Positions 43,211-57,692 of a stretch of DNA of 64,000 nt are shown one piece after another (position 1 is the stretch's first letter; each line of letters begins with the position of its first letter). The DNA comes from Eledone cirrhosa (Eukaryota), in contig OZ024743.1 of assembly GCA_964016885.1 (NCBI GenBank), forward strand, positions 229,462,001 to 229,526,000, written 5' to 3'. A program made the position numbers and the translations under genes. The notes under the pieces were generated by a model, which did no database searches, was not told where the DNA came from, and saw nothing but the letters and a program-made list of their open reading frames with translations.

Positions 43211-43621
43211 CGACTGAGCATACCCATGATCAAATGCTCTCCAGTTGATTTGGGGGCCTATCTTAAAAAAATAATATTACTTCCGATCTTTTATTCAAAG
43301 CATTGTATCAAACATTACACTATGCTATGTGATTTCATTTTGTTTCGGAATGTTGAACGAGATTTAACCTCCTAATCTGAAAATACATTAAATATATGTT
43401 CACGAAATGGTTGAAGTCGATATCCTTTGTTCTAATTTAAAGGAAGAGAAAAGGTCAATTGGAGAGAACGAGAAAGTCAAAACAAGCACAGTAAGATCAA
43501 AAAATAAAATAAGGAAAATAAATTTTTCAGACAGGTTTTGGTTTTAGGTTTTAGGTGTTGTATTGTCAAGTCGCTTTTGCGAAATAGAGGTAGAAGAACA
43601 ATAGAATAGAAATATAAACAT

Positions 43622-43700
<79 letters not shown>

Positions 43701-43706
<6 letters not shown>

Positions 43707-44308
43707 ATGCTTTGGGAGGGTCATGTTGCCAATAAGAAACACACAGAAAAGACGCAATGTTTAGACATATCACAGAGGCAATAAACATAAATGAACTCCA
43801 AACAAATTAAATAGAAAACATGAATGGAACAGCAACATCACAACTTACAATTAAGGACAAAATGAAAACACACACACATATAGAACAAACAACCAACCAG
43901 TAACATGTAAATAAATAAATAAATAAACAAATAAAAACACACACAGACACCCGGATGTAACACATGCGCAAACTAAGCACACAACACACACAAAAACAAG
44001 ATGGCGTAGGAGAGAAAAAGGAGAGGCACAAAACAAAGAAAATAATCCCCAGTCACTGAAGAGGTCACAGAATGTGTGACGAAAGAACTTTGACAATATA
44101 TGAACAACCGTCCGGTTATGGAACCAACCAACCAACCAGAAATTTATAAATTCTTAAATTTATAAATTTAATTTATAATAAATTGGAGTGAAAGCAACTG
44201 GTGTGTATGTTTCTTATTTGCGACATGACCCTCCCAAAGCATAACAATATCGGTTTCAACACACGTTTTCAGATAGAGAATCTTGCTAAACAAATTCAGA
44301 AACGAAAT
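43701..44308. mobile_element. PLE-type insert with inverted terminal arm, hammerhead and tail in (TA)n (duplicate at 47375-47986)
   Basis: Inverted repeat 43701-43745 / 44203-44249; tail 44250-44308; hammerhead inside. Confidence 0.75.
44052..44094 (+). ncRNA. Minimal type I hammerhead
   Basis: gtca-CUGAAGA-g-gtcaca(gaatg)tgtgac-GAAA-gaac-UU-tgac. Confidence 0.8.
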
Positions 44309-44352
44309 ATATATATATATACATATATACATATATATATATATATACATAT

Positions 44353-44520
<168 letters not shown>

Positions 44521-45403
44521 TGGCGGACTGGCCTGGTTGCCAGGTTGCCCAATGGCAAGTGGGCGCCAGGGGGCCACGGTAGCAATGCAAGAGCCCACAG
44601 TAGCATTGTAGGACCCACTGTAGTATTTTAGGAACCAATGCTTTGCTTTAAAAAAATACCTGAAATTTAAGTGAGAGAATAAATTAAAAAAAATAAATAA
44701 AACAATTAAGCAAAGCATTTGGTCAACCAATTCCCCAGGGAATTACTAGAAACCAAAATATACGATAGTGCAAATAGCTGGAATCAGTGGTTGTACATTC
44801 TACTAAATCTAAAACCTTGTGTATTCATTCATGCATGCAAACATACATATATAGACACAGAACCAAAAGCATTATATATATATTTATTGAGTTCAAATCC
44901 CGCCGAGGTTAAATTTGCCTTTCATCCTTACGGGGTCGATAAAATAAAGTACCAGTAATATACTGATATAATTGCTGGCCTTGTGCCAAACGTAGAAACA
45001 ATTATATATATATTTATTTAGTCGATCGACTTTCGTAAAATCGGACCGAGGAAACAATGTGTGTGTGTATATATGTATGTGTGTATATATGTGCGTGTGT
45101 GCGCATACACGTGTGTGTGTGTGAGAATGTGTACACCATTTCACCAGTATAACAAAAATAATTACTGGTCCACCCACACACACACACACACACGTTTATG
45201 TGCACACACGCACATATATACACACATACATACGCGTACATTAACATACAAAGAGACATATACACACACACACACACACACACACTACTCCGTATAAGAC
45301 AAGAGCTGAAAAATATCTTTTAACATGTTAAAATATCCCCCACACACTTACAGACACATTCCTACTGACCATCCCTCTACCACGAATTACTCTGCTATAC
45401 ACG

Positions 45404-45466
<63 letters not shown>

Positions 45467-45992
45467 TTGTCTTAATAGGCATTTGAACAATCAACAGGCT
45501 GCGGTTCGCACACACATCCCTGCTGACCATTATCACACCAACGAACCTCTTTACTACTACTACACACACACACACACATACTTGTTTTGAAAGACTTTTT
45601 TTTCAGTGACTTCTCAATCAGCCGACACAAACCTACATTTGGCGCAAAATCAATTTTTAACATTCACATGACCTCTACCGACCAATCAAAATTGTTTTGA
45701 CTACAAGAATTTTTGCAACACGAATTGGGGCAAAACTTATTTTAATACCGCTGGAGCCACTTTTTTAACATAAAAACAGGTAGAATTTCCAAAACTAATC
45801 AGATTAGAGCAAACATCACGGACACTCTATCTCAAAATTATTTTTGAAAAGCATTATAAATGCGCAACCGGTAAAACTTAAAACCAAAACTGAATACTAA
45901 CCAATACTATTACTATTTTTCACTGTGAACAATTAGTCAGCATTTTCTTTTCCGTTTACCAATATATCATAACTTGTGTGTTACACCCCTAT

Positions 45993-46071
<79 letters not shown>

Positions 46072-46075
<4 letters not shown>

Positions 46076-46137
46076 AACGAGTAGGACCCCGACGGCTGAG
46101 CTCAAGCCGTTTCGACGGCTAATTCTGGACTAAATGA
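46072..46137 (-). mobile_element. Family A short arm (duplicate at 49699-49765)
   Basis: taggaacgagtaggaccccgacggctgagctcaagccgtttcgacggctaattctggactaaatgaa directly after (TA)n. Confidence 0.8.
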
Positions 46138-46361
46138 ATATTTATTTAGTCGATCGACTTTCGTAAAATCGGACCGAGGAAACAATGTTTCCATTGGTCT
46201 TTCCAATTTCTAATACTATCTATCGGTCGCAACTTCAGGTGGAAGGAGCAACGTGAAATGAAGTGCTTTGCTCAAGGACATAACGCATCGCCCGGTCCGG
46301 GAGTCGAACACACAACCTCACGATTGCGAATCCGATTCTTTAACTACTCAGCGACATGCCT

Positions 46362-46594
<233 letters not shown>

Positions 46595-46723
46595 AAGTTA
46601 TATTTAAATTTGTTGGGTTACAACTAGTAAATATTTATAACTGATATAAAAGCACTCGACAAATATTTGGAGTATATTTACAATATTAAATAAATGGAAA
46701 ACTATATTTATAAAACCATATTT

Positions 46724-46787
46724 ATTTCATTATATATATTTCGGGGTTATCATATTAACAATACGCTATGCCTTCATCAGACAAAAT
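46724..46787 (-). ncRNA. Minimal type I hammerhead (inverted twin)
   Basis: Near reverse complement of 46814-46877. Confidence 0.78.
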
Positions 46788-46813
46788 ACAAAATACAAAA
46801 CTGTTTATATTGT

Positions 46814-46877
46814 ATTTTGTCTGATGAAGGCATAGCATATTGTTAATATGATATCCCCGAAATATATATAATGAAAT
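46814..46877 (+). ncRNA. Minimal type I hammerhead
   Basis: attttgt-CUGAUGA-a-gg..catatt(gtt)aatatg..cc-GAAA-tatata-UA-atgaaat. Confidence 0.8.
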
Positions 46878-46916
46878 AAATATGGTTTCATAAATATAGT
46901 TTTCCATTTATTTAAT

Positions 46917-47006
<90 letters not shown>

Positions 47007-47011
47007 TGTAT

Positions 47012-47098
<87 letters not shown>

Positions 47099-47219
47099 CA
47101 TACATATATATATATATTTTTTTTTTCGGCTCTGTTTGATAACATTGAGCTATCTCTTGTACTGTCATTTCTCTAATGCGACGAGTGTGTTTGACTCTAA
47201 TACACTCAAGTGTTTTCAT

Positions 47220-47306
<87 letters not shown>

Positions 47307-47309
47307 ACA

Positions 47310-47380
<71 letters not shown>

Positions 47381-47730
47381 ATGCTTTGGGAGGGTCATGT
47401 TGCCAATAAGAAACACACAGAAAAGACGCAATGTTTAGACATATCACAGAGGCAATAAACATAAATGAACTCCAAACAAATTAAATAGAAAACATGAATG
47501 GAACAGCAACATCACAACTTACAATTAAGGACAAAATGAAAACACACACACATATAGAACAAACAACCAACCAGTAACATGTAAATAAATAAATAAATAA
47601 ATAAACAAATAAAAACACACACAGACACCCGGATGTAACACATGCGCAAACTAAGCACACAACACACACAAAAACAAGATGGCGTAGGAGAGAAAAAGGA
47701 GAGGCACAAAAACAAAGAAAAGAATCCCCA

Positions 47731-47773
47731 GTCACTGAAGAGGTCACAGAATGTGTGACGAAAGAACTTTGAC
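47731..47773 (+). ncRNA. Minimal type I hammerhead (duplicate copy)
   Basis: Same sequence as 44052-44094. Confidence 0.8.
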
Positions 47774-48023
47774 AATATATGAACAACCGTCCGGTTATGG
47801 AACCAACCAACCAACCATAAATTTATAAATTCTTAAATTTATAAATTTAATTTATAATAAATTGGAGTGAAAGCAACTGGTGTGTATGTTTCTTATTTGC
47901 GACATGACCCTCCCAAAGCATAACAATATCGGTTTCAACACACGTTTTCAGATAGAGAATCTTGCTAAACAAATTCAGAAACGAAATATATATATATATA
48001 CATATATACATATATATATATAT

Positions 48024-48177
<154 letters not shown>

Positions 48178-49066
48178 TGGCGGACTGGCCTGGTTGCCAG
48201 GTTGCCCAATGGCAAGTGGGCGCCAGGGGGCCACGGTAGCAATGCAAGAGCCCACAGTAGCATTGTAGGGCCCACTCTAGTATTTTAGGAACCAATGCTT
48301 TGCTTTAAAAAAATACCTGAAATTTAAGTGAGAGAATAAATTAAAAAAAATAAATAAAACAATTAAGCAAAGCATTTGGTCAACCAATTCCCCAGGGAAT
48401 TACTAGAAACCAAAATATACGATAGTGCAAATAGCTGGAATCAGTGGTTGTACATTCTACTAAATCTAAAACCTTGTGTATTCATTCATGCATGCAAACA
48501 TACATATATAGACACAGAACCAAAAGCATTATATATATATTTATTGAGTTCAAATCCCGCCGAGGTTAAATTTGCCTTTCATCCTTACGGGGTCGATAAA
48601 ATAAAGTACCAGTAATATACTGATATAATTGCTGGCCTTGTGCCAAACGTAGAAACAATTATATATATATTTATTTAGTCGATCGACTTTCGTAAAATCG
48701 GACCGAGGAAACAATGTGTGTGTGTATATATGTATGTGTGTATATATGTGCGTGTGTGCGCATACACGTGTGTGTGTGTGAGAATGTGTACACCATTTCA
48801 CCAGTATAACAAAAATAATTACTGGTCCACCCATACACACACACACACACGTTTATGTGCACACACGCACATATATACACACACACATACACACGCGTAC
48901 ATTAACATACAAAGAGACATATATACACACACACACACGCACACACACTACTCCGTATAAGACAAGAGCTGAAAAATATCTTTTAACATGTTAAAATATC
49001 CCCCACACACTTACAGACACATTCCTACTGACCATCCCTCTACCATGAATTACACTGCTACACACG

Positions 49067-49114
<48 letters not shown>

Positions 49115-49988
49115 CACACACACACTTGTCTTAATAGGCATTTGAACTATCAACAGGCTGCGGTTCGCACACACATCCCTGCTGACCATTATCACACCAA
49201 CGAACCTCTTTACTACTACTACACACACACACACACATATTTGTTTTGAAAGACTTTTTTTTCAGTGACTTCTCAATCAGCCGACACAAACCTACATTTG
49301 GCGCAAAATCAATTTTTAACATTCACATGACCTCTACCGACCAATCAAAATTGTTTTGACCACAAGAATTTTTGCAACACGAATTGGCGCAAAACTTATT
49401 TTAATACCGCTGGAGCCACTTTTTTTAACATAAAAACATGTAGAATTTCCAAAACTAATCAGATTAGAGCAAATATCACGGACACTCTATCTCGAAATTA
49501 TTTTTGAAAGCATTAGAAATGCGCAACCGGTAAAACTTAGAACCAAAACTGAATACTAACCAATACTATTACTAATTCTCACTTATTCCTAATTAAACTA
49601 TTTTTCACTGTGAACAATTTGTCAGCATTTTCTTTTCCGTTTACCAATATATCATAACTTGTGTGTTACACCCCTATTCTTTTATATATATATATATATA
49701 GGAACGAGTAGGACCCCGACGGCTGAGCTCAAGCCGTTTCGACGGCTAATTCTGGACTAAATGAATATTTATTTAGTCGATCGACTTTCGTAAAATCGGA
49801 CCGAGGAAACAATGTTTCCATTGGTCTTTCCAATTTCTAATACTATCTATCGGTCGCAACTCCAGGTAGAAGGGGCAACGTGAAATGAAGTGCTTTGCTC
49901 AAGGACATAACGCATCGCTCGGTCCGGGAATCGAACACACAACCTCACGATTGCGAATCCGATTCTTTAACTACTCAGCGACATGCCT

Positions 49989-50081
<93 letters not shown>

Positions 50082-50097
50082 TGTATATATATATATA

Positions 50098-50177
<80 letters not shown>

Positions 50178-50297
50178 CATATATATATATATATATTTTT
50201 TTTTCGGCTCTGTTTGATAACATTGAGCTATCTCTTGTACTGTCATTTCTCTAATGCGACGAGTGTGTTTGACTCTAATACACTCAAGTTTTTTCAT

Positions 50298-50344
<47 letters not shown>

Positions 50345-50443
50345 TAAAATAACAGATTAAAGTTTAAGCAAAGAATCGGTGCTTTGGATTTTAGTCTTCT
50401 AATTTATTATTATTACTATATATATATATATAGAGAGAGAGAG

Positions 50444-51975
50444 AGGAACGAGTAGGATCCCGACAGCTGAGCTCAAGCCGTTTGGACGGCTAATTCTGGA
50501 CTAAATGAACATTTTCATCCTGGTATATGAATAGCTGAGCTTCTCAGGGGGTAATTCCATATATGGTAAAAGTTATTGTCACAAGGATTGGTCAAAAGTT
50601 TGTTGTTGAGACACATAATTCCATCATGGCAATTTGTGGAGGGAAGTGGTAGCTGAACCTGCCAGTAGAAGAAAGAGGGAGAGAGGGTGGAGGAAACCCA
50701 GTCGTGCGTTGATAGTGCAAACTACAGCTGGGCAGGAGGTCAAAGAAGTATACTAGGGAGGGGGAGGGGGAGGGCAGGAAGTCGAAACAATAAGTAAAAC
50801 AATATGGGGTAAATATATAGAAAAATACCGAGAATGTTAAAAAACAATTAAATGTAAAAAAAAACAATTTCTGGTTACTATAACCTAAGGACAGCTATCA
50901 AGTCTCTCACTGGTACTGCTAGACTAAATAAAGGTTTACTAGGTGGGACGGAATTATAATGAGACCCTTTTGAGAGGTATAAGTAATCAACCGAGAATAT
51001 CTTACGGTGACGGGTCAACAAGTGGGGGGCCAAAATACTAAAGAAACTTCCACGAAATAATAATTCAGAGTCCCGAGACCAGTACGAAATAAAGGTTTCT
51101 ACCCCAGGCACAAGTTCAGCAACCACCCAGTGCAAAAAAAACAAAAAACTAATACGAAATAATAATTCAGAATCCCGAAAAAGAATACTAATACTATCTC
51201 TAAGGGTGCCGCCACGATACAAACATTCTAGTGCAAACTACATAAATGCTCGTACGAAGTATGTGAAAAATTTGATACGGAAAATTAATTCAGAATTCCC
51301 CCCCCCCCCCCTCCCCCCCAAAAAATACTGATATACGAGAAATTAAAGCAAAGATACCACTAAGAAATATAGAAAGCACGGAAAAGAGGCAGCCATCGGA
51401 TAAGAAGGCAAGTATCCGGGGTCTAACACATCTGCTATAAAAAGCAGGGTCGGCCAATTCTATCATAGAATAGGGGAAGGGGGTGGGGGTACTGAGGCTA
51501 TAAAGGACCGAGGGGCTGCCTCGGGTGGGCGAGAAAGTGAAAAGGACGACGACAAAGGAAGAGGACTGGGTGGAAGGACTAGGGAGGTGTGGGGGGAAAA
51601 TGGAAATATAGAGGAAGCGATACAAAGATATAAAAGAAGATCTTACGTCTACCGTTGCAAGCGGGGGTTACCCATTACAAAATCGGCAAGTGGGGTTTTA
51701 TAGCCCTAGTCTACCCCCCCCCCCCCCCCCCCTTGTGACAATAACTTTTACAATCCTTGTGACAATAACTTTTACCATATATGGAATTACCCCCTGAGAA
51801 GCTCGGCTATTCATATACCAGGATAAAAATGTTCATTTAGTCCAGAATTAGCCGTCGAAACGGCTTGAGCTCAGCCGTCGGGATCCTACTCGTTCCTATT
51901 ACCCACTCTACTACCCTAAGTATTGAGTACTTTGGTGCGTTATGGTCCACGTGGTTCCTTACCACATTTCCTTCG

Positions 51976-51977
<2 letters not shown>
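50444..51977. mobile_element. 1.5 kb non-autonomous PLE-type element ('family A') with inverted hammerhead-bearing arms and tail
   Basis: Arms 50444-50590 / 51751-51897; tail 51898-51977 ending cttcgtta-(TA)n; interior has no recognisable protein. Confidence 0.8.
51791..51882 (+). ncRNA. Hammerhead-like fold with non-canonical core CUGAGAA
   Basis: ccc-CUGAGAA-gct-cggcta...tagccg-tc-GAAA-cggct(tgagctc)agccg-UC-ggg. The inverted twin at 50459-50550 has the same core but GAAA->CAAA. Confidence 0.6.
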
Positions 51978-52020
<43 letters not shown>

Positions 52021-52075
52021 AGTATGTGTGTATACGTACATACATATATGTATACAGACGTACAGTAGCATGCGC

Positions 52076-52108
<33 letters not shown>

Positions 52109-52262
52109 TACAGGTACACATACATATATGCACGTATCAGTTTAGCGGACGCTTATTATAACGCCGCTTTGTTCGTTTGTAAACAAACTGAACAGCCTGA
52201 ATTTTTATGCCGTACGGTGTTAAGGCAACCACGTCACCTTTTTGTTCAACACTGACACAGGA

Positions 52263-52305
52263 ACGATGTACTAGTTTCAAGCTTGTTAGCTATCATTAGC
52301 ACCGT
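52263..52305 (-). ncRNA. Minimal type I hammerhead with G5A change
   Basis: Minus: acggtg-CUAAUGA-t-agct(aaca)agct-t-GAAA-ctag-UA-catcgt. Confidence 0.68.
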
Positions 52306-52638
52306 ATACCCATCTGCCAGATAGTTGAACGTTCGAAAGTATATACTTTCCTTATGAAAATTAACGGCTGAGCAGCCTAATTTGCATATCGAGTGAGCTA
52401 AGTCGGTCAGGCATACCGAAAACGATAAGTTGAAATAAAATGAAAACGAAATTTCATTTCTCACTCTTAGTACGGCACTTACTTAAATGTAAGTATGTGT
52501 GTATACGTACGTACATATATGTATACAGACGTACAGTAGCATGCACATATATATATATATTTTAGTAAGTGCCGTACTAAGAGTGAGAAATGAAATTTCG
52601 TTTTCATTTTATTTCAACTTATATATATATATATATAT

Positions 52639-52673
<35 letters not shown>

Positions 52674-53440
52674 CACACGAAGTACTCTACCAAATAATAT
52701 TTCGTATCAATTGGTTAAATACATCTGTCAAATCAATAAGTGGTGATAGATATATATATATACACACACAGCCACACACACACATACACACACACACACA
52801 TGCACACATATATATATATATATATATTGAGTGTGTATGAAATACCTAAGGTCATTATTGACAGTCTCTGCATTTCGCAAAATACATTATAGTTTTTCAT
52901 AGGTGAAGGTAAGATATATTCCCGCAAAAATTTGATTGCACTGTTTTGTTTCATTTATGTATTTAAAAAAAATGTTATTTATTCATTATAAAAATTAAAT
53001 GATAGCATTCTATATGTAGGTGGGCCCCCTTTATCTGGCAACCAATATTCTTAGACCTAGTCCGCCACTGTATATATATATATATAATGCTAATCATTGT
53101 AAATTTGAATCTGACATGCAAAATACATACATGTATGAATAAATTAAGCCCAATTATAGTAGATTCAATTATCGCAGAGAGAGAGAGAGAGAGGGGGGGG
53201 GGGGATTAGGTGGAACAGAAATGAAACATGGATTACAGGTTAAAATATAGTCTAGATAGTTGTGAAACAAAACGAGGATATAGTTTATGGAACACCCAAA
53301 TGATTCGACCTTAAGTAGGAGCAATAACATTAAGAAAGATATGAAAGACGCAACAACACTTTGTCTTGAAAATTTTGAAAGTAGGTTTATAAGTATTAAT
53401 TTTCATAAGATTTTAAAATTTGTTTATATATATATATATA

Positions 53441-54887
53441 AAGGTCTATAGATTTTCCCTGGATTTTACTAAATTCTGTGGATGAATTTATATCCTGATT
53501 CTCTTTTGAGATGAGTTTGAGTTATTTTTCCTAAATCTTTCGTTAACTACTTTTCCCATCTTGACGTTATAGTCGCATATATGTTATAGAATGCCGTTAG
53601 CTTCTTGCTAAAACAATATCTATACCTCTCATTTATATTTATACTCGGATTCTTTTCCTAGAGTGCTTAAACTATCTGTGACTAATCCCGGTTTTTTTCA
53701 TAAAAACTGTGATAATTATTGCTATTTTGCTGAACTCCTTTGTAGAGTTTTTTTCAGAATGTATTTGACTGCTATTTCTTGTAAATAAACATTCACTTCC
53801 ATCCTGACGTCACTAGCCCCGTTTTTTCCTCATGTGCTTTTTCATAAATACACATGAAGGCGAACTAGCCAGTTTTAGAATTCCCTTTTTCGGATTATAT
53901 TACTGTGAGAGCCCTGGTTTCTGTTGAGCTCTGCTGATGAATGAAATCCAACCGTGACCATCTCCACTGAAAGTTTTCATGAAATAGTCTTTTAAGACTA
54001 TACAGAGCATTTGATGTTATTCCAAATTGAAGGATAAGTGTTTCAAACTTTATTTTATCATGAGTTAAAGGTCTATAGATTTTTCCCTGGATTTTACTAA
54101 ATTCTGTGGATGAATTTATATCCTGATTCTCTTTTGAGATGAGTTTGAGTTATTTTTCCTAAATCTTTCGTTAACTACTTTTCCCATCTTGACGTTATAG
54201 TCGCATATATGTTATAGAATGCCGTTAGCTTCTTGCTAAAACAATATCTATACCTCTCATTTATATTTATACTCGGATTCTTTTCCTAGAGTGCTTAAAC
54301 TATCTGTGACTAATCCCGGTTTTTTTCATAAAAACTGTGATAATTATTGCTATTTTGCTGAACTCCTTTGTAGAGTTTTTTTTCAGAATGTATTTGACTG
54401 CTATTTCTTGTAAATAAACATTCACTTCCATCCTGACGTCACTAGCCCCGTTTTTTCCTCATGTGCTTTTTCATAAATACACATGAAGGCGAACTAGCCA
54501 GTTTTAGAATTCCCTTTTTCGGATTATATTACTGTGAGAGCCCTGGTTTCTGTTGAGCTCTGCTGATGAATGAAATCCAACCGTGACCATCTCCACTGAA
54601 AGTTTTCATGAAATAGTCTTTTAAGACTATACAGAGCATTTGATGTTATTCCAAATTGAAGGATAAGTGTTTCAAACTTTATTTTATCATGAGTTAAAGG
54701 TCTATAGATTTTTCCCTGGATTTTACTAAATTCTGTGGATGAATTTATATCCTGATTCTCTTTTGAGATGAGTTTGAGTTATTTTTCCTAAATCTTTCGT
54801 TAACTACTTTTCCCATCTTGACGTTATAGTCGCATATATGTTATAGAATGCCGTTAGCTTCTTGCTAAAACAATCTCTATACCCCTC

Positions 54888-54893
<6 letters not shown>
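53441..54893 (+). repeat. Tandem repeat, ~628 bp x 2.3
   Basis: Unit starts at 53441, 54068, 54697; nearly identical; (TA)n on both sides. Confidence 0.95.
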
Positions 54894-54966
<73 letters not shown>

Positions 54967-55882
54967 TTGTTTCCCCAAAAAGAATGTGAGGTGATCTCTG
55001 CTAAAGAAGGTGGTGATTTCATACGAATGAACCAGCTCTATTCCCGTACAATTTTTTTCTATATAAAATAGATTTATATATATATATATATATATAAATA
55101 TACACGTAATACTCCGATTTCAACGTGACAACGTCCTTCGTACCTATAACAGTAATTAGTATAGGTTTAGTTGTTATGCTAGTAGTGAATCAAGTTAAAC
55201 AATAGTGGGTTTTCACTCACTATATTTTATATGCAAGTCTTCCGAATTATTAAGTAGAATAGAATTTGCTAGCATTAATTTCCTATGTTTATTTTATAGA
55301 TCACAAACTGTCCTGGCTTGCATGACTGGGGTAGTGATCCGGAGTTTTACTGTTACTTATGGGACACAATACACTAGAAAATTACCTAGTTCTAATTACA
55401 GTGATGTGTGACGTAGTATAGACAAATAACAAGGCCAATATTTGTCAGAATATATATATATATATACAAATGTAGAATCATCTCGATTAAGGCTGAGAAT
55501 TGACTACAGGGACGATCAATGTAAACCACTCTAAAATAAAATCTCAATAGCGCATCCCTACAGGAAAAGAGTTCTTATAAGGAACTTCTTGTATCCTTTT
55601 ACTGCAGTTTCACAAGCGATATTATTCGTTGAGATGTAATGTATATTACTGGCTAAATCTTAAATATGTATTAATGGCTACTCTATAATTGTAGAGTTGA
55701 TAAACGCTTTAAATTGACTGCTATTTCTAGTATAAATGTAAACTCGTCACCTAATGCATTCTGTACAAAGTTGGTAATTCTATGCATGAGTGTCGTATGC
55801 AATATGCTGGATTATTTCGAGTATACCACCCCAGAAAAAGGTGAGTGTGCCTAACTCTCTAAAATTTTAATATCAGAAATTC

Positions 55883-55981
55883 CCTCCCTGACGATCAAGT
55901 AATTTCGACCGTTAATTAACCATCTTAATTAATTAGGACGGTTGATTATGTTATTTTAACTTGTGAAACTGCAGTGAGAGG
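55883..55981 (+). ncRNA. Decayed hammerhead in an old inverted-arm insert
   Basis: cctcc-CUGACGA-t-caagt...acttg-t-GAAA-ctgcag-UG-agagg. The inverted arm 55569-55616 retains the cleavable GUA triplet. Confidence 0.65.
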
Positions 55982-56364
55982 ATATAAGAATTTCGTTATG
56001 AGAATTTGATGTTTCCTTCGAGAGGGCCACGTCGGCTGCAACAGTCTGGCTTCTGTCTTTTTAGGTCGTGCAGAAACTCAATTAATTTTCCAACTATACC
56101 GAATCTGTGTATTTTGTGACATATCATTCCCTGGTCGACTCTGTCAAGGGCCTTCGCAAAGTCAAGATATACCATATCTCATTTGAGTGCTCCAGCAGGT
56201 GTTTCAGTACCCAGCTATTTAAAGCATGCAGGGTGTAAGGAAGTCATTTTCCCCGAGGAACGTGACCAGTTTCTTTCTGATGATTCGTTCGATGATTTTA
56301 CTGATATTTATATATACATATGAGTGCACGCGTATATGTGTGTGTACACGCTTCTGTGTGTGGA

Positions 56365-56476
<112 letters not shown>

Positions 56477-56591
56477 GATGGACAGATAGAGAATAGATAA
56501 ACTATTAAAAGTGGAAAATTCAATACCTTAGATTGATCAGTGATTTCAATTTGGTATATATGTTTGTGTGGCAGTGTGTAAATGCATAGCG

Positions 56592-56656
<65 letters not shown>

Positions 56657-57030
56657 CATATATTTGTGTGTGTCTGTGTGTGTGTGTGTGTGCATTTGTG
56701 CATGTATATGTGTGTTTGTGTGTGTGTGTAGGTGAATGTTTGTACAGAGAGAAAGAAGTATGTGAGAGAGACAGACAAATGCACAGTTAGATCGCTACTA
56801 TTACTCGTATGCAGACAACTCGAAGGTATTATATTGCACTGTAGTAATGAGTGTGGAAACATGAAAATTACTTTGCACGGTGACTAAATCTATGGCGGAT
56901 CTTAAAACCTTGTCAGAGAAGCCATCTTGTTATGTTACGTTATTAGGTTTTCTTGAACTGAAATGAAAATGAAATGACTCAGAAAATTGCGTAGACAAAT
57001 AATTGTCTTTTCTTGGTCATACTCTCTTAC

Positions 57031-57102
<72 letters not shown>

Positions 57103-57195
57103 TGTATGTCTGTCTGTGTGTGTGTGTCTGTCTGTGTGTGTGTGTCTGTCTGTGTGTGTATATTCATATATACATATACATACATATATATATAT

Positions 57196-57613
57196 ATATA
57201 TTAATAAAAGGAATTCCAACTTTATCTGATTTACTCGTTTTATTTACAATCCTTTAAAATTATAATGATATTATAATGTAATAGTATGGTAGAATATTAA
57301 ATCTTAAATGTTAATTGAACAAGTACTTTCATTCTTTCGCAATCTTCAGGTTCATATTCAGTGGTGACAGTCAAGTTTGCAATTTTTAACTGTTGAAAAT
57401 TGCAAACTTGACTGTCACCACTGAATATGAACCTGAAGATTGCGAAAGCATGAAAGTACTTGTTCAATTAACATTTAAGATTTAATATTCTACCATACTA
57501 TTTCATTATAATATCATTATAATTTTAAAGGATTCTAAATAAAACGAGTAAATCAGATAAAGTTGGAATTTCTTTTATTAATATAATCTTCTATACACAA
57601 TCATACGCACCCG
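57196..57613. mobile_element. Fold-back hammerhead insert in (TA)n, ~190 bp arms plus tail
   Basis: Arms ~57196-57385 / 57396-57584; tail 57585-57613. Confidence 0.87.
57428..57466 (+). ncRNA. 39-nt minimal type I hammerhead
   Basis: tgaac-CUGAAGA-t-tgc(GAAA)gca-t-GAAA-gtac-UU-gttca; inverted twin at 57316-57354 has one stem II substitution. Confidence 0.82.
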
Positions 57614-57647
<34 letters not shown>

Positions 57648-57692
57648 TAAACAAATAATGAACAAACAATTCCTTATATTAAACAAAAAAAG

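Noticed and set aside
53930-53950. CUGAUGA-au-GAAA in the 628-bp tandem unit (retrozyme idea)
   Set aside because: No stem II, stem III or NUH site; the sequence is part of a decayed SINE.
55290-55367. Possible exon ITNCPGLHDWGSDPEFYCYLWDTIH*
   Set aside because: Isolated, with no partner exons or recognisable homology.
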